NCBI RefSeq assembly: GCF_041915465.1 | Contig: NZ_JAYSBK010000004.1 | Location: 13,559-77,558 of the forward strand | Length of the DNA: 64,000 nt | Reading direction: 5' to 3' | Source: Novosphingobium sp. | Lineage (GTDB): Bacteria > Pseudomonadota > Alphaproteobacteria > Sphingomonadales > Sphingomonadaceae | Position numbers and translations under genes: made by a program | Notes under the pieces: model-generated | What the model saw: the letters and a program-made list of their open reading frames with translations, nothing else | Told to the model about the DNA's origin: nothing | Databases searched by the model: none | Shown: piece after piece, positions 46,558-56,095 of the stretch | How the letters are laid out: each line of letters opens with the position of its first letter | How positions within the stretch are numbered: position 1 is the stretch's first letter

Positions 46558-49123
46558 CCTCCTTATCCCGTGCGTCCGCTGCAGCGGCTTGCGCCCAAGC
46601 GCGGCCGGCCGCCTCGATCGCGTCGAGGTCCCGCGCGGCAACCGCCGCTTCGAAACGGAGCGCGAGCTGCGGCCATTGCAGCAGCGTGCGCCGCCTGCGC
46701 AGCCGCACCGAATCGCCGTTGCTGCTCACCAGGGCAGTCACAAGCGCGTCCGCCTGTTGTGTCATTCCTGCAGCCAGAAATGCGTCGACGACGCCCAGCG
46801 CGGTTTGCAGCTCGATGTCGAGAACCGAGATCGCAGCGTCGTGAAAGGCTTGCGCGTTGGCCTCCAGCCCTTCCGGGCTTACCTTGTGCAGGAGGTTGAG
46901 TGCTTTATCCGAGTTATTGTAGCGGTCCGCCAGATGGGGGATCATGCGCGCGGCTAGCGTGGCAAATTCAGGCTCTGTACCAAGGCTGTAAGAGAGGGAC
47001 AGGATGTCGGATCGCAGGAAGAGCGGGTCGACATCCATCGCGACCTCGATCAGATAGCGCCTGACCGCGCCGCTCGCGTTTCCGAACAGATCGGCCATCC
47101 CGGCGAGGATACGCACGCATTTCGCTAGAAAATGATCCTCGTTGGACTGGACTCGATAATAACGGATCAGGTTCAAAATGGCGTGAGCCGCGTTGACCCG
47201 GTAGGGTTCGGGAAGGATCGACCGGTGAAAGGCTTCAACGGCGGTTTTGTGAACCGCAACATATTGGTCCCACAGCAGTGCGCCGAACGCCTCAAACAGA
47301 AGGTCGGGAACATTAGCCCGACTACGATAAGGGAGTTCACCGACTGCCGTCGCTGCATAAGAGCGACCAAGCACCGACGGTCCGACAAGGGCGGCGTAGA
47401 GATGGGGTAAAAGCTGTTTCAGCCCCGCCAAGTCACGCGAAAGCTCCTTCGTCGCTCCCAATAGGGCACCTCGAAGATTGTCGCGTCCTTCCGGAATCGT
47501 CTCGAACATGCCGATGATTTTCGCCACCGACGGTTCGTCGCCGGCGGCGCCCTCACTCGCCCATTCGACCAACTGCTCCATCAGGCCGCGCATCACCGAG
47601 CGGCGGGTATTTCGTTCGATTGCGACCAGCGTGTTCTCAGCCGGCTCGGTCATCGCCACGTCAAGCTCAGCCAGTCGATCGTCGAGTAGGAACAGAGCAC
47701 CGATGAAGGCCTCGAGCTGTGCGCGAACCACATGCTCCAGCCCTTTCGAACCGGCGCGAAAGGCCGAGGTGACCTCCTCGAGGACCCTGTCATCATGTTC
47801 GATCGTCGGCGCCCAAACGAGCCGGGTCAGCGCGAGCGCGTGCCGATTGGAGGTCGCCGGGACGGAGGGCTTGTCATAGCCCACATGGACGGCAAGCGCA
47901 TAAACTTTCAGGATCCGGGCGCGATGCGATGCGGGCGCCCCCTCGTTCAGCGCTTGGAGCTGCGCGTCGACATCCTCCGGCGCGGCATCGAAAGCATCGT
48001 TCAGCGCCTCGGCGAGATCGGGCAACCGATCATCCTCATCCTTCAGATCGGCGACAAGGCTGGGCGCGCGGACATAGACCGATGTCAAGGTGAGAAGAAT
48101 CGGGGCCGCCGCCTTCGGGTCCTCAGCGTGCAAGACATGGAGACCTCGACCGGCGCGTTCGAGGGAGGACCGCTTTCCGCTCAGCAACATCTGTTCGATG
48201 GCCGCGATGACGGCCGCGGGAAATCGGGAATAGAGCGCGTAAAGGAATGCGGGATCGCGCGGAATCCTGGGCTCGTCATCACCGTAGAAAAATTCTCGAT
48301 CGTCTGGGTCGGCGAGATCGATGGCGGTAGTAAGAATGGACGCGACGCGATCGGGGGAGACGGCGTCGAGACGCGGAAGCAGCTTTTCCACGGCAATGCG
48401 TGCAGGATAGCCGCGACGCAGGACAGTCATCGCCAGCTCGACGATCATGCCATCCTCGGCGCCAACCGCATCGAGAATGACAAGTGCGGCCTCAGCGAAC
48501 CAAGGCTGACTGCCAGCCAGCGCGAAGACATATTGGACCAGCTCGGGCGTGAAATGCTCGGGAGCCAAGCGCGCACTTTGCGTCACGCGTTCGAAATTTT
48601 CTTTTGACCGATCGGCGTCGAACCCGCCGATGTCCTCCAGCAAGGTGCGTGCGATGGGGCCAAGTGTGGGCAACAATCCTGCACGGATTCCCTTGCGTTC
48701 CTCGAGAGCTTGCGCCGCAAGGCGCGCCTCGGTCTCCGCCCGGGCTTCGAGGACAGCTTTCTCACGATCGCGATCAGCAATGATCTCCATGAGGTTCGGC
48801 AACCTAAGAGGCTTGCGATGACCGCAATTCGCGCAATTTCGATCATAGAATTCGACGATGGCGTCCCGCAGATCCCAGCATGCCATGCCGCCCTCGGGTG
48901 CATGGTCGCAGCGCATGCCATGATGGCCGATCGGAAGACCGGTCATCTGCTCGATCATCCCCGTTCCGCCGAACTTCTCCACGCGGGCGTGCGCGCAGTA
49001 ATTGCGGACAAGCGCCATGGTGTCGCGATTACGCTCCCCGGCTTTGATGGTGTCTGCAATGTCGCGCATCTGCCCCGTCGAAATCGTTCCGTGGGATATC
49101 GGTTCGACAGGGCTCGTCTTCAA
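46517..49123 (-). CDS. Large hypothetical protein: Cys/His-rich N-terminus, coiled coil and HEAT-like helical repeats
   Basis: 868-aa open frame with CAH..CDH..C..CANC cluster and Leu/Ala-rich amphipathic helices; start may be ATG 49069. Confidence 0.65.
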   Translation of the reverse strand: MKTSPVEPISHGTISTGQMRDIADTIKAGERNRDTMALVRNYCAHARVEKFGGTGMIEQMTGLPIGHHGMRCDHAPEGGMACWDLRDAIVEFYDRNCANCGHRKPLRLPNLMEIIADRDREKAVLEARAETEARLAAQALEERKGIRAGLLPTLGPIARTLLEDIGGFDADRSKENFERVTQSARLAPEHFTPELVQYVFALAGSQPWFAEAALVILDAVGAEDGMIVELAMTVLRRGYPARIAVEKLLPRLDAVSPDRVASILTTAIDLADPDDREFFYGDDEPRIPRDPAFLYALYSRFPAAVIAAIEQMLLSGKRSSLERAGRGLHVLHAEDPKAAAPILLTLTSVYVRAPSLVADLKDEDDRLPDLAEALNDAFDAAPEDVDAQLQALNEGAPASHRARILKVYALAVHVGYDKPSVPATSNRHALALTRLVWAPTIEHDDRVLEEVTSAFRAGSKGLEHVVRAQLEAFIGALFLLDDRLAELDVAMTEPAENTLVAIERNTRRSVMRGLMEQLVEWASEGAAGDEPSVAKIIGMFETIPEGRDNLRGALLGATKELSRDLAGLKQLLPHLYAALVGPSVLGRSYAATAVGELPYRSRANVPDLLFEAFGALLWDQYVAVHKTAVEAFHRSILPEPYRVNAAHAILNLIRYYRVQSNEDHFLAKCVRILAGMADLFGNASGAVRRYLIEVAMDVDPLFLRSDILSLSYSLGTEPEFATLAARMIPHLADRYNNSDKALNLLHKVSPEGLEANAQAFHDAAISVLDIELQTALGVVDAFLAAGMTQQADALVTALVSSNGDSVRLRRRRTLLQWPQLALRFEAAVAARDLDAIEAAGRAWAQAAAADARDKEDERERRARSNLPF

Positions 49124-49255
49124 TGGTGAGGCGATTTAGCCGGGCGCTCCCTCGTTCATCTTTATCGTCAGGTGCGAAGCCAGGCTAACGATCAGCTGCT
49201 ATCCTGATTTGCTCCTCAATTCCGATCAGTCGCCAAGGTCCAACAGAGCGGGCAA

Positions 49256-49669
49256 TTATCTCCCCTTTCGGCCCATTTCCTCAAACACCCCTTTTCCATT
49301 CTCCAATTTCCGCGCCAACGCCTCGACAAAGCCCTCGTAGCGTTCCCTGCCTTGGGCCTGCGCCGCCGCCATCGCGGATTCCGGTAACGGCGGGTTGGCA
49401 GTGAGCCAGAACCTCACGAACAGCGCCAGAGCCTCATTCGTCACCTCGATCTGAAACTCCAGCCGCTCGTTCTGCTTGGTCAGCCGGTCAAGGCGCCTTG
49501 TGACGGCCGCCTCCATGCGCTCAGAGCCATCGGGCGAAAGGAACGAGGCAATGGCGGCCTCGACAATCGACGCCTGCGTCGCGCGCTTGCGGATCGCGAA
49601 CTCCGCAAGTTGCCGGGAGATGTCCGGCGGTAGACGGAACGTGTGCTTGATGCGGTTGCCGGATTTCAT
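49256..49669 (-). CDS. CopG/ribbon-helix-helix protein of the ICE backbone
   Basis: SIVEAAIASFLSPD..TRRLDRL..EALALFVRFWLT motif; GTG/ATG start overlaps the traG stop. Confidence 0.85.
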   Translation of the reverse strand: MKSGNRIKHTFRLPPDISRQLAEFAIRKRATQASIVEAAIASFLSPDGSERMEAAVTRRLDRLTKQNERLEFQIEVTNEALALFVRFWLTANPPLPESAMAAAQAQGRERYEGFVEALARKLENGKGVFEEMGRKGR

Positions 49670-51660
49670 AGCGCGATCCCATCATCGGGATCGAGGGAGG
49701 CGCGGCGGGCGTTGCCGCGCATCCGCTCCTGCAGGCGTTGGTTGCGCGCGGCATCGTCATCGCCTTGCTCGTCGCGGTCGAAATCGAATTCCCTAGCGAC
49801 CGGCTTAGGCGACGGCGCGATGTCCTCATGGATCGGCAATTCGGGTTCGGTCCGTATCCCAGCATTCTCCGGGTCGGTATCGGGCTGGTCTTTGGGGGTC
49901 GTCCTGCGCTTCGAAGCCGCAGGCGTCCTGGCAATCATGTCCTGCCAATCGTGGGGCGATGCTGCTGCCTTGCCGGCAGCACTGACCTTGGGCGACGAAA
50001 TTACCCGTGCGGCAAGTCGCCTGTCCCGATAATATTGCGCCTTCTTCGCCCGGATCGGATGGGTGCCGGCCATCATCACGATCTCGTCAGTCACAGGCAG
50101 TTCCTGGATTTCGCCAGGAGTAAGGAGCGCGCGGGCGGTTTCCGACTTCGAAATCATCAGGTGGCCCAGCCAGGGCGACAGCCGGTGGCCGGCATAGTTC
50201 TTCATGGCGCGAAGCTCGGTTGCCGTGCCCAGCGATTCCGACACCCGCTTGGCTGTACGCTCGTCGTTGGTCGCAAAACACACCCGGACATGGCAATTGT
50301 CGAGGATCGCGTTGTTCTGACCGTAGGCGTGCTCGATCTGATTGAGGGACTGGGCGATCAGAAAGGCCTTCATCCCGTACCCGGCCATGAACGCCAAAGC
50401 GCTTTCGAAAAAGTCGAGCCGTCCGAGGGCCGGGAACTCATCGAGCATGATCAGCACGCGCTGGCGCTTGGCATCGGGTGCCAGTTCCTCGGTCAGCCGC
50501 CTTCCGAGCTGGTTGAGCAGCAGCCGGATGAGCGGCTTGGTCCGGCTGATGTCGGATGGCGGAATGACGAGATAGAGGGTGGCTGGCCGCTTGGCGTCGA
50601 TGAGATCGGCGATCCGCCAGTCGCACCGGCGCGTCACCTGTGCCACCACCGGATCGCGGTAGAGACCGAGGAACGACATAGCGGTGGAAAGCACACCGGA
50701 TCGTTCATTTTCGGACTTGTTGAGCAGCTCGCGCGCAGCGCTCGCGACCACCGGATGGACACCGCCTTCGCCAAGATGCGGGGTCATCATCATCGCGGCG
50801 AGCGTCGATTCGAACGAGCGCTTGGGATCGGAAAGGAAGGCCGCGACCCCGGCGAGCGTCTTGTCGGGCTCGGCGTAGAGAACGTGGAGGATTGCGCCGA
50901 CCAGCAGCGAATGGCTGGTCTTCTCCCAGTGGTTGCGCTTCTCGAGACTGCCTTCGGGGTCGACCAGTACGTCGGCGACATTCTGGACATCGCGCACCTC
51001 GCAAACGCCGCGCCGCACTTCGAGCAGCGGGTTGTAGGCAGCGGATGCGGAATTGGTCGGGTCGAACAGCAGCACGCGGCTGAACGAAGAGCGGTAGCCC
51101 GCGGTCAGTGTCCAGTTCTCGCCCTTGATGTCATGGACGATGGCCGAGCCCGGCCAGGTGAGCAGGGTCGGGATGACGAGGCCGACTCCCTTGCCGCTGC
51201 GGGTCGGCGCAAAGCAGAGGACATGCTCGGGACCATCATGGCGCAGATACTCGTTGTTGAATTGCCCCAGCACGACACCCTTGTCGTCGAAGAGGCCAGC
51301 GGCCTTGATTTCCTGCCGGTCGGCCCAGCGTGCGGTGCCATAGGTGGCAGCCGTCTTCATTTCGCGAGCCCGCCAGACCGACATGCCGAAGGCGACGACG
51401 ATGGACGTAAAACCGCCCGACGCCGCGATCATCCCGCCGGTGTCGAACACCTTCGGCGCATAGGCATCATAGCTGAACCACCAGCAGAAGAAGTCATAGG
51501 GCCGATAGACCGGCCAACCCAGCAGCATGAACCAGGGGCGGCCGAGTTCGGGCTGGTAGCCAAGCGCTGCAGCAGTCCACTGCGTTGCGGACCAGATCCC
51601 GGTCAACACGAGCAGGAAGACGGCGAGGATCTGTCCCCAGAGGATCTTGATCGCGGCCAT
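49666..51660 (-). CDS. traG: Type IV coupling protein TraG/VirD4
   Basis: APTRSGKGVG, DIKGENW and MLDEFPALG motifs. Confidence 0.95.
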   Translation of the reverse strand: MAAIKILWGQILAVFLLVLTGIWSATQWTAAALGYQPELGRPWFMLLGWPVYRPYDFFCWWFSYDAYAPKVFDTGGMIAASGGFTSIVVAFGMSVWRAREMKTAATYGTARWADRQEIKAAGLFDDKGVVLGQFNNEYLRHDGPEHVLCFAPTRSGKGVGLVIPTLLTWPGSAIVHDIKGENWTLTAGYRSSFSRVLLFDPTNSASAAYNPLLEVRRGVCEVRDVQNVADVLVDPEGSLEKRNHWEKTSHSLLVGAILHVLYAEPDKTLAGVAAFLSDPKRSFESTLAAMMMTPHLGEGGVHPVVASAARELLNKSENERSGVLSTAMSFLGLYRDPVVAQVTRRCDWRIADLIDAKRPATLYLVIPPSDISRTKPLIRLLLNQLGRRLTEELAPDAKRQRVLIMLDEFPALGRLDFFESALAFMAGYGMKAFLIAQSLNQIEHAYGQNNAILDNCHVRVCFATNDERTAKRVSESLGTATELRAMKNYAGHRLSPWLGHLMISKSETARALLTPGEIQELPVTDEIVMMAGTHPIRAKKAQYYRDRRLAARVISSPKVSAAGKAAASPHDWQDMIARTPAASKRRTTPKDQPDTDPENAGIRTEPELPIHEDIAPSPKPVAREFDFDRDEQGDDDAARNQRLQERMRGNARRASLDPDDGIAL

Positions 51661-51782
51661 CTCATTCTCCTTCCGGCTATGTCCAATCGCGGTCGGCGCA
51701 AGTGCGCAAGGTCGGGAAGCCTGCCGGCGCAACCTGGCGAAGAACGACGAGGGCTGGCGAAGGGGCGAGGCGGAACCATCAC

Positions 51783-53537
51783 CTACAACCCCAGCGTGCG
51801 GCTGCGGGTGAAGCTCCAGTCGACTCCGCCGCGCGCATTGATCGTCCCGGCAACCGCCTGCCCCAGATGCCGTTCAAGACTGGGGCGCCATGGCACGAGC
51901 TGGAACCCCGTTCCATCGTCGATCATAGCAAAGCGGCCCGAGGACAGCGTGACGCGTTCCCTGTAGATACCCGCCAGATGGTCGCCGGGTTGTGCGGGCC
52001 TATGGTCCAGCCCCGTTTGCGCGGCAACGGACCTGGCGGTGCCGGCCAGCTCTCGGCTGCGCAGTTCATTGAGCAGGTCTTTGGCAAACACGAACCGCTG
52101 GCCCTGCCGCCGCGCCAGACCTTCGGCTGCCAGATGCTCCGACCGCGCCGCAAGCGCATCGCGCACTTCCGTGCCGAACCCACCGGCGGTCTCGACGGGT
52201 TCGCGGGAAACGAGCTGGCGGTCCAGCCAGGTCGCGCCGGGGGCATGGATCTGCTCGGCAAGCGACAGGTCCGAACGGACAGACAGTGACTGCCGCTCGT
52301 TCCCGTGGGTATCGCGCCACTGGCCAAGCTCGACAATGGCGCCGGGTTTGGCATCGCTCGTCTGGTCGATATCGTCGAACCGGAGATAGTGGGTTCGTCC
52401 ATCGGTCCCATCGACCACGGCATAGGCGCTGCCGCTGAGCTCATCGTGAAGACCGCGCTCGACCAGGCGTCCGATCACGGGATCGGCGGCAAGCCCCTCG
52501 TACAGCGCAAAGCGTCCGGTGTCGGGCCGATGTCCCCCTGCACTCATCGCGCGGTGCATGGTCTTGATGATGTCGCCGCGGATCGAGAGGTCGCGCAATG
52601 TATCCTCAAGGCCGGGCCTCAAGGTCCAGCAGGCGGGGCCGACACGCTCGGCCAGGCCCAGGCGCTCCAGCTTGGCGGCGCGGCCGAGCAAATGATTGTG
52701 GTCGGCGCGGTCATAGCCCGATGGACTGGGGCGCAGGTCGACCACGCCGACTCCTGAGCCTGTCGAAGGATCGTCGGCCAGGCGTTGTAGCGAGCGGTCG
52801 AGACCGGTCCAGCGTTCCGCATCGACCTCGCGGGCCATGGCCCGGGCGATCTCCCGCTCGCTGCGCCGCCCCAGTTCGATGGTGGCCCGCTCCTCGGCGC
52901 GCGATCGGAGCCCCGCGCGAATATAATCGCGGTCGATGACGATGTCCTTGCCGTCCTCGGCGCGGCCCCGGACGAGCACATGGACGTGGGGATTGTTGGT
53001 GTTCCAGTGATCGACGGCCACCCAGTCGAGCCGGGTGTCGAGATCATGGGCCATGTCGTCCATCAGCTCGCGGGTGAAAGTCCGGATGTCTTCGAGTTCG
53101 GCGGCATCCTCGGGCGAGACGATAAAGCGGAAGTGGTGGCGATCCTCTTCGCAGCGCCCGGCGAAGGCATCTCCATCGGCCGCGTCGGACCGGGCATCGA
53201 ATAGCCCTGCGTCCTTGCCGTCGCGGGTGACGCCATCGCGCTTGAGATAGGCGATGTGCCGCGCCAACGGTGCCGCCCGGAAGCGCGCGCCTTTGTGCCG
53301 GACCACGCGCGCTTTGACGATGACGCGCCGATTGGCCCCACAGGACCGTGCCGCAAGTCCGGCTCGCCGCCCGCGCGCCGTCCGCCCCGTCCCGGAATTA
53401 CGCGATCGTGCAGGCCGGTGCCCGCCTTTCATCGAATGGCTGACGACCTGGCCTATGAAGGATTGCGCTCGTCGACCGCTGCCACTGCCCCGGCTGCGCC
53501 CCTTGCCGGGCCGGATATGGAAATCGTCTTCGCTCAT
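51783..53537 (-). CDS. rlxS: VirD2-like relaxase (DUF3363, RlxS)
   Basis: HIAYLKRDGV, HHFRFIVSPED and HWNTNNPHVHVLVRG HUH motif. Confidence 0.93.
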   Translation of the reverse strand: MSEDDFHIRPGKGRSRGSGSGRRAQSFIGQVVSHSMKGGHRPARSRNSGTGRTARGRRAGLAARSCGANRRVIVKARVVRHKGARFRAAPLARHIAYLKRDGVTRDGKDAGLFDARSDAADGDAFAGRCEEDRHHFRFIVSPEDAAELEDIRTFTRELMDDMAHDLDTRLDWVAVDHWNTNNPHVHVLVRGRAEDGKDIVIDRDYIRAGLRSRAEERATIELGRRSEREIARAMAREVDAERWTGLDRSLQRLADDPSTGSGVGVVDLRPSPSGYDRADHNHLLGRAAKLERLGLAERVGPACWTLRPGLEDTLRDLSIRGDIIKTMHRAMSAGGHRPDTGRFALYEGLAADPVIGRLVERGLHDELSGSAYAVVDGTDGRTHYLRFDDIDQTSDAKPGAIVELGQWRDTHGNERQSLSVRSDLSLAEQIHAPGATWLDRQLVSREPVETAGGFGTEVRDALAARSEHLAAEGLARRQGQRFVFAKDLLNELRSRELAGTARSVAAQTGLDHRPAQPGDHLAGIYRERVTLSSGRFAMIDDGTGFQLVPWRPSLERHLGQAVAGTINARGGVDWSFTRSRTLGL

Positions 53538-53690
53538 CGCGACCGGGTCGCGGATCTGAGCCCGCCAGCAGAAGACGGCGCATTTTGCTCTGAAAATATT
53601 GTAGAAATTGAAGGGGGAGCCAGCAGGCTGTTTCGAGCGACGGCTGTCGAAGCCGAGCAATTCCGAGCCTCACCATCCACACCGACGGCG

Positions 53691-53707
53691 GCGCTTTTAT
53701 CTGGCCA
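53691..53707 (+). other. Candidate oriT nick-site motif
   Basis: GCGCTTTTATCTGGCCA resembles the MOBP/IncP YATCCTG^Y nic consensus; in the intergenic region just upstream of the relaxase. Confidence 0.4.
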
Positions 53708-53796
53708 TCCTCCTGAACCTGCTCCTTCTCCTGCTGCCCTTCCGGACTTTCCCACGTCAATCGACGCCATGACACGATCAGGGATCGAAAAGGCGG

Positions 53797-54498
53797 TCAC
53801 TGCGAACGGCTCCCCGAGACGGGCGGGAAGAGGCCGTTCAGGGGAGCGGGCGAAGCGAGAATGGAGGTCTGTGGCGCGGCAGCAGCGAAGCTGCCGGATG
53901 CGGCTGCCGTTGCATCTCCGCGCACGGCAAAAAGCTGGCCCTGTACCCAGGATGTGCGGACCGGCAGCACGGGCGACGCGCTGGCAACGACGGTTGCCGC
54001 ACTGCCCGATTGCAGCATCGGTGCAATCCTGGCGACATAGGCGCGGGTCTCGGCGGGGAGCGCTCGCCCGCGGTCGCGCCAGTCTTCGTAGCGACCCGGC
54101 CCGGCATTATAGGCCGCGAGCATTCCGGTGGTACCGTAGTTTTCGTACATTTCGCGAAGGTAGCTGGTTCCCGCCATGATGTTGTCGCGCGGATCGAACG
54201 GGTCAGCGCCAAGCCCGAACCGGGCGCGCTGACGCGCCCAGGTTCCGGGCATAAGCTGCATCAGCCCCATCGCCCCGGCTGACGAGACTGCGCCGATCCG
54301 GCCCGCACTCTCGGTGCGCATCACCGCATAGATCCAGCCTTCGGGAATGCCGAAGCGCTGCGAGGCTTCGGCTACGTGCGAAGCGATGTCGACGACTTGG
54401 CGCTGCGCCTGTTCGGCAGCGGCCTGCCCGAAGGCAGGCGCGTCACCGAACAGGACAGCTGTGAGGAACGCGGCAAAGCCCAGGCGATTCCAGCGCAT
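53797..54498 (-). CDS. Lytic transglycosylase (SLT)
   Basis: AVMRTES, GAMGLMQLMP and AAYNAGPG motifs. Confidence 0.93.
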   Translation of the reverse strand: MRWNRLGFAAFLTAVLFGDAPAFGQAAAEQAQRQVVDIASHVAEASQRFGIPEGWIYAVMRTESAGRIGAVSSAGAMGLMQLMPGTWARQRARFGLGADPFDPRDNIMAGTSYLREMYENYGTTGMLAAYNAGPGRYEDWRDRGRALPAETRAYVARIAPMLQSGSAATVVASASPVLPVRTSWVQGQLFAVRGDATAAASGSFAAAAPQTSILASPAPLNGLFPPVSGSRSQ

Positions 54499-54502
54499 CG
54501 GC

Positions 54503-54832
54503 TCAGTCCGCCTTGTCGTGCCGGGACGGGCGTGACCAGACCAGGACATGGCCGGCGCCATCGTCGTGGAACAGGTTGGCGCGCAGCGGCTGGACGAACG
54601 AGGGATCGTCGATCTGGAGCGCGACATAGTCGCCGGCCTTCTCGCCCGTGCGCTTCCAGCCCGCGCCGATCTCGCGCGCCTCGTCGCCATCGCCGACGAT
54701 CACCCGGAAGTCGGGTGCGTTCTCGTTGTCGGAAGCATCGGTAGGGAGCAGTACAACTCCAACGTCGAGCGTCAGCGTCGTGATGTGTCCGGCAAAGCCA
54801 TCTTCATCGGTAACAAAATAGCCGATCTTCAT
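54503..54832 (-). CDS. DUF736 family protein, copy 1
   Basis: NAPDFRV..EIGAGW..DYVALQIDDPSF motif. Confidence 0.88.
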   Translation of the reverse strand: MKIGYFVTDEDGFAGHITTLTLDVGVVLLPTDASDNENAPDFRVIVGDGDEAREIGAGWKRTGEKAGDYVALQIDDPSFVQPLRANLFHDDGAGHVLVWSRPSRHDKAD

Positions 54833-55413
54833 CGTTCAGTCTCCTTCGGTTGTTGAACTGGTGGGTGGAGTTGCCGCGGATCGGCGAACCATTTGTGGTC
54901 GCCATCGCCCGCTTCATCGGTCCAGACGGGCGTCGCGCGGCCGATGACATCGGCGAGGCGCAGCACGCCGAAATAGCGGCCATCGAAGCTGTCGGGCGCG
55001 GCCGGGTTCATCACGAACAGCTCGCCCGACTTCATGACGTGGCAGCCCGCCCAGACGGGGAGAGGGCGTCCGAGCCGGTCACGGGCGCGCGCCGCGCCGA
55101 CAAATGCGCCGTCGATGTTTACGCCGTGCGCGAAGCGGCAGACGCGCTGGCCGCTGACGGCGGCGATACTCTTGAGCAGTGGAACGCCGGTCGGCAGGTA
55201 GTGGCGCTCGGCGAGCAGGCGGCGCAGCGGCGGTGGCGGTTCGATCGCCACACGCTCGCCCACGTGTAGGCTCGCCTTGCCGCGGATGGCGTAGAGCCCG
55301 GTCGGCACGGAAGCTGTCGCGTTCCACACCGCGTAGCGCGACACTGGGACGATCATCGTCGCGAGTGTGGCTGCAGCAACGACGCCAGCGAGGAAGTAAC
55401 GACGCCGGATCAT
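54829..55413 (-). CDS. traF: S26 peptidase TraF (pilin maturation)
   Basis: WNATASVPTGLY, LLKSIAA and SFDGRYFG motifs. Confidence 0.92.
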   Translation of the reverse strand: MIRRRYFLAGVVAAATLATMIVPVSRYAVWNATASVPTGLYAIRGKASLHVGERVAIEPPPPLRRLLAERHYLPTGVPLLKSIAAVSGQRVCRFAHGVNIDGAFVGAARARDRLGRPLPVWAGCHVMKSGELFVMNPAAPDSFDGRYFGVLRLADVIGRATPVWTDEAGDGDHKWFADPRQLHPPVQQPKETER

Positions 55414-55949
55414 GGCAAGAGCGCCTTGCGCTGGAGCCAGGCGCGGTGGCGCGCGAGGCTGTAGCCGCGTGGGAGTTCGCGTCCCGCCATGCGATTGTGG
55501 ATGTGCCGCCAATGATCGGGCGCTACCTCACAAGGGTCGATGCCCGATGCCTCGATCGCGTCGATCAGGCGAAAGACCTGGTTGACCTTGGGCCAGCCCC
55601 GGACGGAGAGGAGTAGCTCACCGCCGGGATCGACCTGCGCGATCGGGGTGCAGGACTCGTGCGCTCCGACGGCGCGCACGATGTCGAGCGTCGAGCGGAT
55701 CGTGCCGTAATCGTTGGCAGCCCAGCGCACCAGGCCGAACACCTGGCCTGCCGCATAGCTTTCGACGCGCTGCCTGCGGTCGATGATCCTAGTCGCAACC
55801 GGCTTGCCGAACTTGAGCCAGTCTTCCTGGCTGCCTTCACGCCAGACGAGCGTGACATGGGTCAACTTTGGCCCATCGCTCAACCTCGTCTCGGCTGGCC
55901 TGCGCGGTGGAGCGGCGCCATCCGTCCACAGGCGCTCTGACGTTAGCAA
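55410..55949 (-). CDS. DUF2840 domain protein
   Basis: LTHVTLVW..WLKFG..RWAANDYGT..DPCEVAPDHWRHIHNR motif; start uncertain. Confidence 0.85.
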   Translation of the reverse strand: MLTSERLWTDGAAPPRRPAETRLSDGPKLTHVTLVWREGSQEDWLKFGKPVATRIIDRRQRVESYAAGQVFGLVRWAANDYGTIRSTLDIVRAVGAHESCTPIAQVDPGGELLLSVRGWPKVNQVFRLIDAIEASGIDPCEVAPDHWRHIHNRMAGRELPRGYSLARHRAWLQRKALLP

Positions 55950-56095
55950 GAATCCGAAGGATTCTATGTTAGCATAGTTAAGGGAGCAGGAACGCGAGGC
56001 AATCTGCGGGTTTGCGGGCCATTTCGGTTCCCGATAGTCCGAACTTTGGGTTCCTGATCGTCCGAGTCCGCCGGTTCCTGATAGTCCGTGTTGCA

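Noticed and set aside
40666-49123. Assignment to CBASS, Pycsar, Thoeris or Avs
   Set aside because: No CD-NTase or cyclase, SIR2/Macro, or Walker A/B STAND NTPase motif was found in the four proteins.
49738-51966. 742-aa plus-strand ORF opposite traG
   Set aside because: Antisense shadow of traG with no recognisable motifs.
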